62,213 nucleotides of DNA, filler included, from Basidiobolus meristosporus CBS 931.73 (GCA_002104905.1; 4 parts of 4 records of this genome joined end to end with filler, not necessarily neighbours in it), one strand, 5' to 3'. Shown: positions 24,114 through 36,215, counted from the first letter of the whole stretch. The notes: generated by a model not told the origin, from the sequence alone. A program made the numbers and translations.

Positions 24114-25031
24114 AAGAGACAGGTCAGTGTAATCTAAAATCCTTTGCGATATCTTCTAGGGCGACTTTTTATCGTGTCGCGGGATTGTTGACTCACCGTG
24201 GGACTTGGCCAATCAAGGGCATCCTCTCGATACTGACATCATGCTGTATCCGTAATAATCATAAACTCGTGGTTGATAAATTACTGTTAATCGCTTTAGG
24301 GAATAATGGCATATAGTTTAACCTTAACCAACGTAATACGAGTCCAGTTCAAACACGTCTTGTTAAGCCAGTTGTAGGAGTTTAAATGCAAACCTAACTC
24401 GAATCCTAAACAAAATTTAAAAGATACAGAAAATCGAGATGAAGTACCTACCTAGTAGTTGTAGTCGTCGAAAATCTTTTCTTTATTCGATCATTCCGCC
24501 TTAGCAGAGTCGGTTTACGACATACAAAACTTTGCTGAAGCTAATACAATTTTGGCACAGTTCGGCTATTAATAGAGGTTGTTGACGGGTGATAATTTTA
24601 GAATTTCCATAGTCTAGAGTAGTGATTTGAAGGCTTTTATCCCCACCAGCACCCTTCACTACTTCCACCCGCTTTCCAAACCAAGCGCCGCTAGTGGTGT
24701 CACCAATCATCGAGATTGTTCCCTATTTCTGGAAAACCAATCATACGTAAGCTTCCATACTGGGGATGGTGCATCTGGTAAATCCGAGCATTGTAGGTGC
24801 GTCCCCAAGTAGCTTTGACTATATTAATGCCTGTATCTTTTCTAAATAGAAGGCAGTGTCCTGGAATTGTTAACCATAAACGCTCAATATCGATGGCTTC
24901 ACGCGACATATACCTACTTTCAGTCCTCCTTTTTTCACCTTTTCCTTTTGCTATTTTTCCCTTTTTCCCTTTTTCCCTGGAGTTCGGAGTAACATACCAG
25001 ATATACACTAACCCTGTATCTGTAACGAAGC

Positions 25032-26016
25032 ATGTTATTCCAGAGAGCATTCTTGACCTTCAGTGTGGTCCTCTCGGTCCTCAAATTCTCACTTGGAGAC
25101 CTACTATCTCAGGGTTTGTCTCGTAATCGCCTCAACGTCAGCCTTCTTTTACCTAAAGTCAGTTAAACTATTGCTAGATCTCCCGTGTGGACCAAGGCTT
25201 TACTGTTATCCAAAGTTAAACACAACTTTGGTTCTTGGCACTGTGGAATATTTTCGGTGGTATGCAGATTACCCCACTTTAGCGAACGATAATCGGGTCG
25301 ATGTCAGACTCTATGAAATGTCCAATACAACTCATCCGATTATGGAGTGGCTTGATTTTGAAAACCAGGGCTTTTTACCCCTCACCTTAACCTCAGAATA
25401 CTTTCCACCACTTACAAATCTAAAACCAAACGAAACTGGCAAACGGCTATACCAATTTTTAGTCACCCCAGTAGGAAGATACGATGGCAATACTGGTCCT
25501 CTGTTTTGGATTGAAGGTAACGTGTCACTCTATTACCAAGCACGAACCAAACCCAGATCATAGATTAAGCTTTTCATAGATATTCCGCACATCGCTACTA
25601 CCACTGCCACTACTACCCACCATGTATCAACTGCCCATGTAACAACGACAGAGATGACTACGGTGACAAGCTCGGTTCGACCCAATATTTTGAACAGTGG
25701 AGGTGGTGCTCCATCCTACACGTCCGGCAAGGCCGCAGGGATTGTCATCGGAAGTGTGCTGGGAGCGATCCTGTTAGGAGGGATTGTGATTTTCGCCATG
25801 CGCCGCAATAGAGACGGAGATAGTGGCTTCATGGATGAAGCAAAGCGTCAGAACACCGCCATGATGTCATCAGACGGTTTGGTTGTTACGGAAAACGCCA
25901 GCAGCACGCAACTCTCTCCATTGACGGAAAACGATGCGCATTTAATTGCGGATACGTATCGTGAATCTCTGAGAAAGCCAGGCTGGGCGGGCGATTCGAA
26001 CCAAAGGTTGCTGTAG
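25032..26016 (+). CDS. Type I single-pass membrane protein (Mid2/SKG6-like cell-surface architecture), 285 aa
   Basis: Exons 25032-25113, 25178-25516 and 25580-26016 sum to 858 nt in frame. Signal peptide, Cys-containing ectodomain, Thr-rich stalk, TM helix AAGIVIGSVLGAILLGGIVIFAM followed by RRNR. Confidence 0.75.
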
Positions 26017-26294
26017 TTGCTTCCTAGTGCACAAGCCTCCATGCAATCCTCGGCAAAGAACCCCCTTATACTGAAGGATATGTACGTCCTTCGAAGACGA
26101 GTAGTGGTACCAAACCATTCATGTATAGATGTGATATAAATATGGGACATGGATGTTGAATAATTCCCTCTTAATTTGCTCAATAAAATCCGCAACATTC
26201 ATTGACTGGCAATTTCGGAAAAATCTATATATATCCTGAACCATGGAAATGTTATTATCATTCCCTGCTATTTTTCCTCTGGTCGCTTTGCACG

Positions 26295-27195
26295 ATGTCT
26301 TCCTCCAGCACGCCGCTGAAGCGGAAACCGAATCACCTTACGCCAAGTGGCAAATCAGTCAAGAAACAGACCCAAGTCACCACCAGCACCCCTTTACAAA
26401 AGCCACGCAAAAAATCCGAGCCTTCTTCCTTGCCACCCACCCCCAGCACTGAGGTCCCAGAGGAAAAAGCCCGCGAGGAGGAAATCCCTGCTCCAGCCGA
26501 AACAAAACAACCAGAAGAGGAGGAAGAGGAAGAAGAGGAGGAGGGGATCATAGCGGACGATGATTTCAAAGAATTGATGCAAATCCATGGAAGAAGCAAG
26601 GAGGAGCTGAAGTATGTCAACCAACAGTTCTATTTTCGTCAGTGTCATGGAATCGCGTACAGGGCATCTGTAGATTTGTTCTGCCCTCGAATCCACCCGT
26701 GTTATCTTCGTCCATTAACCTTCCTTTCTTTTATGTACGAAGAGCATTATTGGATAACTTTTCGGACGAGCAGCTGCAAAGGTATGAGGTATACCGGCGT
26801 TCAGCGTTGAACAAATCCGTAGTCAAAAAGGCGAGTTTGTCTGGTATTTCACAGTTGGGGTTCTTTCGGTTAACACTGTAGTGGATATAGCTTGTTGGCA
26901 ACATCATAAACCAACAGGTGTCGCCAACGATGGCATTTGTAGTGGCAGGGTTTGCCAAGGTGTTTGTTGGCGAGATGGTTGAGAAAGGTACCGTAGATAC
27001 TTAGGATAGATTCCGTATACATATCCCATGATTCACACTGCTCCATCATCAAACGTAGCGAAAGAGGTGATGGAAGCCTGGGGCGACAAGGGACCCATCA
27101 GGCCGCATCATCTCCGAGAAGCCTACCGACAATACGACAAAGAAACCGGGCTGATTCCTTCGGTGAACTATCAAAAAAGACTATTTCGACGATAA
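26295..27195 (+). CDS. TAF11: TFIID subunit 11 (4 exons)
   Basis: Histone-fold segments LLDNFSDEQLQRYEVYRRSALNK, VVAGFAKVFVGEMVEK and GPIRPHHLREAYR, joined by GT-AG introns. Confidence 0.93.
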
Positions 27196-27357
27196 AGCCC
27201 ACTTGTACAATCAACCTTATGCCATGCTATCTTTATTTCTTGCGTTTAGAATTTCCAAATAAAAATCCTGACAAAAGTTGGATGTTATTGAAGTACAGAA
27301 TTTATTGCAGTGTTCAGGTTGCTTCACGAGAGAGGCGAGTGATGGAAATGAAGAGCT

Positions 27358-27859
27358 CTAGTTTTCACGTAGATCCTGTTGAGTTAGTTGGGGTTAGTAC
27401 CGAGAACTTGAAAACACCAAGACTGTAAGCTTTGGTACTGACTCTGTATTGTTTGGCCCACATCATGGAGGGAATCCATCTAGAAGGATGCTGGTGACGC
27501 ACCTGAAAGTAAGATCGGTCAGTTAAGTTGTTGGGAGATTCCTCGAAGCAAAAAGTCACTCACTTCACGGTCAGCAGAAGCCTTCCAAACATAGGCGATG
27601 AACACAGTACAACCAAGTCCAGCAATGACGGTGTTGGACTTCCAGTTGGCTGGGCGAGACCACCAACCACCAGCTGGGGACCTGTAGCAAAAAGTTGAGT
27701 GAAGCTGTTATCGGTCCATATACGACCGGAATGCACAACGTACCAAACTTGTTTGGGATAAGGATAACGAGGAGCAGCACCCTAACAGAGGGGGGGAAGA
27801 AATATTCAGCAACCAATCCACAAAAGGTCTACAGTTCAGCGTGGGCTGGCTCGTACCAT
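27358..27859 (-). CDS. Small mitochondrial complex I accessory subunit-like protein (YPYPKxVWSPAGGWW family), 78 aa, 5 exons; absent from the ORF track
   Basis: Exons 27857-27859, 27744-27781, 27564-27681, 27443-27502 and 27358-27375 splice to MGAAPRYPYPKQVWSPAGGWWSRPANWKSNTVIAGLGCTVFIAYVWKASADREVRHQHPSRWIPSMMWAKQYRDLREN*. Confidence 0.85.
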
Positions 27860-28437
27860 GTTTATAAATCACAAATGTAGCAAAACAATCTCCACAAACC
27901 GGTAGCTTTAGTAAACCTTTAAGTTCTTTTGAAAATCCATCCCTCTTCATTCACCCCGACAATTGGAATTTTCAATAAAGCGGGGGATCTGGGGAGATCT
28001 TGAATTCCCAACGGAAAGTGGGCATTTCAGAAATTCATCGCCAAGTGGAATTTCAAGTGGAAAATGGACCAATGGAGTTCGCCTCGAAATCATCCCTAAG
28101 ATGAGAGATCGTACGACGCACCACTTCCACATCGCGTGGACACATTAATCATACACCACGCATACACATTAATCGCTGATAAATCAATCTTTTTACCAGT
28201 TTCCGGAGTCCGAAAATCACCACAGATACGAAACAGACAGTAGGTACAAATTGCCGAGTATCATTCATAGGATCATCCAAATGCACATCAGACATCAACA
28301 CTAAGAAAAGCCACTCAACCTTAAATTAGCCAAATACTACGTTACTCTTGCTTAAAAATCCCTCTTTCTTCACATAGCCTTACAACTCTCACGACGCCTT
28401 TTGTCTGCCCTTTTACTTCAAGCAGTGAAACTATACC

Positions 28438-29073
28438 ATGTCCCACAACTATGTGGTAACCGCACATAAGCCAACTTCGGTACAAACCGCTGTTAAAGGG
28501 AACTTCACTAGTCCCACAGACATCAATCTAATAGTGAGGTAAGCCACTCTGCGGGCCTCGCTGAGCACACAATGTTGCTAATCCAAGGTTTGATTTGCAG
28601 CAAAGGGACCAGGATCGAAAATCTAATTGCTGGCACCCGAAGGCCTGCGGCCATATCTAGAATTTAGTATCCTTGGTAGGATAGCATCCATGGGATTATA
28701 CAGACCTCCGGTATGTACACCCATCTATCTGAATCTCATATTGCCGACCTGACCTCGTTTGAATGGACAGAACCGTACGACCGATTTGCTGTTCATTCTC
28801 CACCGAACGATATAAATTCCTAGTGCTCTCGTTTGATCCATCCAAATCCACGGTCAAGACGGAGGCTAATGGAGACCTGGAAGATTTTCGGGGTATTCCT
28901 TGCGAGTGTGGTCAGATAGGATTGGTGGACCATAATTGCCAGTTAATCGGGCTACATATTTACGAGGGGGCATTCAAGGTCATATCCATCGAGAACGAAG
29001 AGACCCTCAAAACCCACCCTTCGACCTTCCCCAACTCCGACTTGAGCAACAACGAGCATCCTCAGATAGGAGA
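28438..29073 (+). CDS. DDB1: DNA damage-binding protein 1, 5' part only (cut by the assembly spacer)
   Basis: [15 protein letters not shown]...[24 protein letters not shown] and GQIGLVD...[13 protein letters not shown], with two introns. One apparent homopolymer frameshift near 28620. Confidence 0.9.
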
Positions 29074-29173
29074 NNNNNNNNNNNNNNNNNNNNNNNNNNN
29101 NNNNNNNNNNNNNNNNNTTAATTAATTAANNNNNNNNNNNNNNNNNNNNNNNNNNNNNNNNNNNNNNNNNNNN
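29074..29173. other. Assembly spacer with six-frame-stop linker
   Basis: 44 N + TTAATTAATTAA (29118-29129) + 44 N. Confidence 0.97.
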
Positions 29174-29419
29174 CGAGGAACTATACTTCTGACTCCACCC
29201 CTGGCAAACCTAACATATCCAGCGACCCCATAAATTAATGTACCCTCCTGCGGATTGATTTCCAGCACGGCCGAAATAAACGACCTATTCTAGAATACAC
29301 ACGCGATGGTTGGGTTGTACAGAAAAAAGTATCAAGTATTTATTCTTATCAAACGAGTGCGAAAGAACACATTCGAACTAGCCCAACAGGACGGCAGTTG
29401 TCATGATCATAACACTAAC

Positions 29420-30205
29420 TTAGTACTTCTTTTCTTGAGCCTTGCTCAAGTAGTCAGAGTATTCTTGGTAGGGACCCATGGTGAATTGGGATTCGGCCCA
29501 CAAGTCAGGAGTCAAGAAGGTGTAGGTGTGGCTAATGGCAGCGAAGGTAGCCTTGACGAAGTTACCCAAGGTACGGGTGGAACCACGGGCGGTGGTGTAG
29601 CAATCGGTAATACCGGCAAGTTGCAAAAGCTTCTTGGGGGTAGGGGCAGCGACGATACCAGTACCACGGGGAGCAGGGACAAGACGAGCAGTGACGGAAC
29701 CACACTTGCCGGTGACCTTGGAAGGAACGGTGTGGGGAAGACCGAGGGAAGATCCCCAGTAGCCTCTACGGACGGGGATGATGCTAAGCTTGGCAAGGAT
29801 GATGGCACCACGGATGGCGGTGGCAACTTCCTTGGCGCACTTGACACCGAGACCAACATGACCGTCAGAATCACCGATGATGACAAAGGCCTTGAAACGA
29901 GTTCTTTGACCAGCGGTGGTTTGCTTCTGCACAGGCATGATCTTGATGACCTCATCCTTCAAGGTAGGAAGGAAGTAGTCAATGATCTGGTATTCCTTGA
30001 CGGGAAGAGAGAAGAGGTAGATTTGTTCCATGGACTTGATCTTGCCATCCTTGACGAGACGACCAAGCTTGGTAACAGGAACCCATTGGGTTTCTTCTTC
30101 CTTGCGACCACCACGACGTCCGCGACCGCGTCCACCGCGAGCACCACGTCCACGTCCAAAACCACCGCGTCCACCGCGACTATCGGCCGGAGCTGAGTCA
30201 GCCAT
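29420..30205 (-). CDS. RPS2: 40S ribosomal protein S2 (uS5), 261 aa
   Basis: RGG-rich N-terminus, [33 protein letters not shown] and [13 protein letters not shown]. The CDS is uninterrupted. Confidence 0.99.
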   Translation of the reverse strand: MADSAPADSRGGRGGFGRGRGARGGRGRGRRGGRKEEETQWVPVTKLGRLVKDGKIKSMEQIYLFSLPVKEYQIIDYFLPTLKDEVIKIMPVQKQTTAGQRTRFKAFVIIGDSDGHVGLGVKCAKEVATAIRGAIILAKLSIIPVRRGYWGSSLGLPHTVPSKVTGKCGSVTARLVPAPRGTGIVAAPTPKKLLQLAGITDCYTTARGSTRTLGNFVKATFAAISHTYTFLTPDLWAESQFTMGPYQEYSDYLSKAQEKKY

Positions 30206-30208
30206 TTG

Positions 30209-30320
30209 CTAGGGGAGAGAAAAGGAGGGTGAGTACGGGACATCCATAGCATGCCAGCATCCATCCATCCGAAGACGGATGGCTGATGGGTGGTGGTGAT
30301 CAACAGGTGGATATACTTAC
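30209..30320 (-). promoter_or_regulatory. Predicted RPS2 5'UTR intron containing a cUUCGg tetraloop hairpin (30255-30285)
   Basis: Donor GTAAGT at 30320, branch-like TACTCAC, pyrimidine tract and CTAG acceptor 3 nt before the ATG. The hairpin reads CCAUCCGUC-UUCG-GAUGGAUGG. Confidence 0.65.
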
Positions 30321-30593
30321 ATAATCTGACTAAATAAAATAAAAACACCAAGGGTGTAGGAGAAGGAAAATCCCGTTACATGTCAAACGCTTTTAAACTC
30401 GACTTCCAGGAATCGGGGTTAGGGTTCCCGTCGACCAATCCCCGGCCGATCAAAGATCAGCCTGAAAAATTTGACTCGGTGATGGGAAAATTTTTGCTCG
30501 CTCCCGATCGCCATTTCTTTCTCGAACCCACCCACCGAGACGAGCCGGTTTCCGCTTAGGATCTCGCATAACTTCCAGCTTTGCATCATGGTG

Positions 30594-30661
30594 TTGCATA
30601 GCCCTAGTCAGGCTTGACGAGGGTGGCGGATCTTTGCATAGCTTTACTCAGGTTTGACGAG
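30594..30661. repeat. Imperfect 28-bp direct repeat (40-bp period) in the RPS2 divergent promoter
   Basis: TTGCATAGCCCTAGTCAGGCTTGACGAG (30594-30621) versus TTGCATAGCTTTACTCAGGTTTGACGAG (30634-30661), 4 mismatches. Confidence 0.7.
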
Positions 30662-31009
30662 ATTTTTTTTTCGCGTGTCGCTCATTTAAATACACCGCCG
30701 AGGTTGGTTGGGGGGTGACGTCCAGACCAATTTGGCTATATCCATATGAACGGCGTATGACCTCAGTTATTTTTAGCCATGAGGGTCATTGTTAGCTAGG
30801 ATAGCTGGTTCCCGGACGATAGATGAGCTAAATGATTCGCCCTGAAAAGGAAGGTTATATTGACGAATACGTTCAACCAGAAGTTACACACCCACTCAGC
30901 CCCCTATTCCCCAATCGATCTCTAGCATCACGAGCTTTATAAGTTATCACTTCCCCTCTAGTTCCGCTGACATTGTTTTACATCGTTCTCCTCACACTTC
31001 GCCTCAGTC

Positions 31010-31652
31010 ATGAAGTTCACTTCCCTGGTAACCCTCCTACTTAGCACAGTTTTCGGTAAGTGGTAGTTTGTTGTGGTCGTGGTCAAGGTGAGGTTCGTAT
31101 TGACTCATTCCCTCCCTAGTTTCTGCCATGCAGTTCGACACCAACGTGGTCAAGGACGAGTACAAGGTTGGGGAGGACCTGGTCGTCTCCATCGTCAACA
31201 ACTACGATGAGGACCATTGGATGGTGGGAATCCCTTCGGTCTCCATCAGTTTGTACGACGAGTCTGGCACCACCGAGCTTTACAACATCATGGAGTTGAT
31301 CCAGTTGAAGACCTACCCCGCCTTCGACCAAGCCGCGACCATTCAGACCTGGAAAATCCCCGAGCAGATCGAGACCGAATACAAAACCAACGAGAAGTTC
31401 TCCTTGGTCGTCAAGTACTTACAGTCTATTCGTGGTACTGCCAAGCCACTTGACCTATCCATCGAACACCCCATCACCATCCGCGGAATTCAGAGTACCG
31501 GCAACAAGGCCATCCCTAAAGCGGAGCCTCGCAAGGAGAACCTCTACCCCACCGACAAGCAGAGCTCAGTCCAGGAGAATCCCAAGGTGCAGTACACCGC
31601 TACCTGGGCCTACAACATGATCAAATCCTTGTTGGTGAACCATCTTTTGTAA
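31010..31652 (+). CDS. Hypothetical secreted protein (2 exons)
   Basis: Signal peptide MKFTSLVTLLLSTVFVSA spans the intron 31056-31119. Strong C-ending codon bias. No family recognised. Confidence 0.75.
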
Positions 31653-32564
31653 CTTCTACGATCCCACACCCACCACCACCACCGCCACCATCACCGCCCC
31701 ATTCCCACATAATCCCTGGATGGTTTCCTATTCATGACCCAATTTTTCCGGCATCTGCTTGTATTCCTATTCCTATCCGTACTCGTATATGTAATTCATC
31801 AGTCAATAAACCGATATTTTCCCGCCTTAGTCGTGGACCCGGTCAACAGGCTTCATCATCGACAAGAGGTGGGCGTACATTTCGTAATTCGATTGAACGC
31901 CCTGCACCGTGACTCCTACCCGGAATCACAGGTGCTATGGGCAGCAACCCATCCCACATGACTCATTGCCCGTTCCGTCGGGCTTGTCTTCACGGATCTC
32001 CCGCTTGGTTGGGGTCCCTTTCAACGAAATAACCCGTCCGATGGAGGCGAGGGGCGGCGGTCAGAGGTCGATTAGCTTGAAGGGATCTCATCTGCACCGG
32101 AGATTGCTCAATTACGCCTAGCTGGGCGCAGTGCTGACGATTCGCCCAAACCATGCCACCTCATTTGCCATGATGGGCGATGATTGGTTGATACATGACT
32201 GGCGCTCCCTTTATTGATGATTAGCTCGACGCCAATTTTCAACCGGTTGCTCGAGATGCTTATAATTGGCAAGATACCCAAACAACATCCGCCAATCACA
32301 TCCGTGCAGATTCTCCTGCGGACATGCTTCGCCTTGGTATCCCAGGTACACTCTCGCCGAGACGCTCCAGGCGCTTGCTTGACCTGTGTCGTCTTCCGCT
32401 GGGATCGTCGGTGGGCTGCTCTCTTTTGCGGACGCCTCACCGGACTGGATGTGTGGAGGCCGCTGTCGGTTTTGTGGTGTGATCACGTGTTTTCGCGGGA
32501 GGGGGAGGGGGAGCTTGACCAAAAGGGTGATTCAATTTGTCCCCAAATTCCTTAATGTTAAAGG

Positions 32565-33990
32565 TGTTGTAAGAGTCTTGGAGATATTGGAAGTGATTTG
32601 GGAGAACAAGTAGATTATGTGGTTTACACTTAATGATTTATTGAATGTAAAAGTAGTATTTATACTTTTACATGGTCTTGGCACAACATACACACAAAGT
32701 AGGTTTAGGAAGGCCCCAAGAACATGTGTGCAAAGTTTGGGGCTGTTTGAGCAACTTTGAGAATTTTCATGTTCTGGGTAAATATTCTAAGTAAATCCCA
32801 ACAAGGATTTTAGTCAGTATTCTCTAGGATTTGAAGGTAATGATCTAAGTGACTATGTTAAGTGAATATTTAGGTGGAATTATAAATTCTTACAACACTC
32901 CCACTCAGCTAAATGTTCATATTGACTAGTCCTGATTTTGACCTAAGATATTCAAACTTGTCTCTAGCTAATGGTTTGGTAAATATGTCTGCAATCATTT
33001 CATCTGTAGGAGAGTAAGCTAAGCTAGCCAAGTCACTCTCTGTAGCTTCACATATGAAATGATGTCTAATATCCAGGTGCTTAGTTATAGCATGAAAAGT
33101 TGGATTTCTTCCTAATTGTATACATCCTTAATTATCTTGAAATAAAGTATTAGGCATTTTTTGACATAAGCCAAAATATTTGAAAATCTTCCTTAGCTAC
33201 ATTGCTTCTTTTGTAGCTTCACAGGCTGCTATATACTCTGCCTCTGTGGTTGGAAGTGCTACCATTGGTTGCTTTCTTGAATTCCATAAAATTGCTCCTT
33301 TACAGTAAAGAGAGGTGTATCCTGTGGTGGATTTTCTGTCTTCCAAGCTTTGTCCCCAATCATCATCAGAGTATCCCACAAGATCTTGTTCTGAATCCTT
33401 TTAGATGTACCTTAAGCAGATATCAGCAGTCCCTTTTAGGTATCCAAATACCACTTAACTGCTGCAATATGATCAGATCCTAGTTCTGATTGTGCTGGCT
33501 GACAGCTCCCACTGAATATGACACATCTGGACATCTTCCAAGCATGATATATATCAGATTTCCAACTATAAATTGGCAAGGGAATTCTGGGCTTTCAGAT
33601 GGCATCAAGCTCTCTTAATTTGGTTGAGTGTTGATTAAGTCAAGGTTAGTTTCCTTTGGAGTAGCTGCTGATTTACAGTCTTCCATTTGGGACTTCTTGA
33701 GTATATTGTGAGTATACTTGGACTGGCTTAGGGTGATAGTCTGGGTGCTTCTGTATATAGAGAGCTTTATTCTTGAGTAGTAACTGACTTCTTCTAGATT
33801 GGACATTATGAACTCTTTAGGTTGGCTGGATTTAGTCATTTCCAATGTTTCTTCATTATCAGTGGCTATAATAAGATCATCCGCACATAGAGCTAATAGA
33901 ACCAGACTTGCTCTACCTGACCTATAGTCAATACTATAGCTAGCAGTACTTCTTTAGAAACTCAGTGATTCTAAATAAGTATCTATCTTG
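32565..33990 (-). mobile_element. 5'-truncated copia: 3' LTR (32565-32897), PPT (32898-32905), RNase H and RT end
   Basis: Reverse complement of the family LTR, CTCCCACT (PPT) and GYSDDDWG...TTEAEYIAACEATKEAM. Confidence 0.9.
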
Positions 33991-35721
33991 AACCATATGA
34001 AATATATCTTGGTCCCAAAGGTGGATCTAATCCAGATCAGCCACCAAAATCCCACAATAAGGCCATCATAATGCCTGCAACTTGAAATTATTGACCCTCC
34101 TCACAATGTTATGATGGGATTGTGACAGTTTTTGCAGATACTACTGCAAAGCTTAGTAAATATACTTGATGTTTGGGAAGTTCTTCAACAGGAATTTGAT
34201 GGCCTTGATGTGGACACCTGTAGCCATTATAATGGCAGTACAGTGCCCTACAGCTAGTATTGTATAATGCTACTATACCAATTTGCCAAACAGTATTTCC
34301 TATTGCCACATTCACTTGGGTCATTCATTTATTCTATTGTAGAATCATCCCAAGACTTTGCTTACCCACTGCTACTATGAGTATTCCACATATAGTATGA
34401 GTCAAAAAAGCTATGGCCTCCAGCTTACCAACTACTACATACATGCACACCTGCTGTAATAGACATGCTTCTATCACCTCAACTTTATGACTTGTTAGTG
34501 TGATACTTGCAAAGTTACCATATACCCTGTATTGCTGGTAACATATACATCTTGCAAACATTTACTAGGTTGCTACCACTTGGCCATGAATACCTCTTTA
34601 ATATCCTTGGAAAACATTTTGGTGCCTTGCCAATATATTTCTTCACCCTGCTGAGTTCTAGTCTCCCCTATAGGTGCACTTTAACTCTTGTTTGTATGAA
34701 TTCCATATTGAATTGTGTAGAAACTGACTTGTACCCAGGAGAAACCTGCCATACTGTTGTAAAGTTGGCCTGATAAATATTAGCTGCTTGTTACATCCAA
34801 CCCAACCTTGCATTGCTAACTAACTAACCACACATTGGGGCTGCTTAGCTTCTTAATGTCAAAGACATAGGTGTCTCTACATGCACATCTGTCCGCAGTA
34901 TTCTCCAACTCTTCCTGGCTGTCCTCCACATGCCAGCTCATCATATCCATGATGGACATGAAGATAATATGCTTGATGAGATTGGGATATGGTAGTGCTT
35001 GCTACTTGACTTGTCTTCCTATTTCCCAACATATCTACTGCATAGGAAACTCCTAAATGGTGCAGCATGGGCCAATATTCTCCACACAACAAGCAAGATG
35101 AGGTAAGGAATGGATGCAGTAGCAGCACAGATCTACATGTTCAGCTTTATGCCTGGAGTACAGACACTCAAATCCCAACACACACTCCTTGCATAAAAGC
35201 TGTAGATGTGTCAAGTAGGCAGTGGTGATCCACCTCAAAATAAATATTCCATTAATGTCAACATATGACTTCCAATGCTTCCAATGTACTCTTGGTGGAA
35301 ACTGCTTCAGAAGGCCACTTGAATTTATACATATCCAGCTCATCCAGTCCTGGTGTTTGTATTGTGGTACATGCATATGAATATTCATTGGAGCTTGTGA
35401 GAAATACTTTAGGTAGCAGATACTGCATAATTGCTTGCGGATTCTTTTGAACTTCTTCATTATCTTGGGGGGCACATTCAGCTTGAAATACCCCAAGTGC
35501 AACTTTGTCAATAGTATAGTTATGTGTTGAAGAGCAAATGCATTGCTCCTAGTGGAAAGCTTTTGCTCCCATAGATTCCTTCCTTCTTTAGTATCACTGG
35601 TTTCCAATTAACACCATATTCTGGTAAATGGCTTATAGCTTGCCAGCTTTGCTGCAATTACATGCTGACTTTTGTATGTTCACTCTGTGGAAAGATCATG
35701 TTCTTAGTGCTGGTGTTTAGG

Positions 35722-36215
35722 TAATGATAATATGTGTGAGTTATGGAGTAAATCCCTTGGATATCACACATTTGACAGCAATACTGTCCATTGTGCGTGG
35801 AAAAGCCTGCTATCTTGCTGATGTTTGGGGTATCTCCTATGCAGATAGTAATATGTGCTTTTACATGACTGCCATAAACTGTTATCCTGCTGAAAAGCAT
35901 ACAAGATTCATCCAGCAATGAATACCAGTAGCTATCCAGGTTGGATGGTGATTTAGGCCCAGATACCAGTGACAGTTTTTCAATAAAATAATGTGTGTGA
36001 TTATGGAGTAAATCCTTGCAATCTCACACATTCAGCAGTAGTACCATCCATTTTGTCCGGAAAAGCTGACTATCTTGCTGATGACTTAGGTATCTCCAAT
36101 GTAGATAATAGTATGCGCTTTAACATGATGTTCATTTCCTAGTATCTCACTGAATAGCTTACAAAATACATCAAGCAATGAATACAGGTAGCTATCCAGG
36201 TTGGATGGTATTTAG
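35722..36215. repeat. Diverged ~260-bp tandem duplication inside the transposase relic
   Basis: TTATGGAGTAAATCC recurs at 35741 and 36001, and GCTATCCAGGTTGGATGGT recurs at ~35931 and 36191. Confidence 0.8.

Noticed and set aside
29306-30196. 296-aa plus-strand ORF
   Set aside because: Antisense shadow of RPS2 caused by its strong codon bias. No independent protein features.
30312-30320. ATACTTAC resembling the U1 snRNA 5' end
   Set aside because: It is simply the reverse complement of the GTAAGTAT splice donor. No U1 structure or Sm site follows.
32100-32560. Cluster of 75-113-aa ORFs in a CpG-rich stretch
   Set aside because: No recognisable motifs or splice structure. Several CCAAT-like boxes suggest promoter-type DNA cut off by the LTR at 32565.
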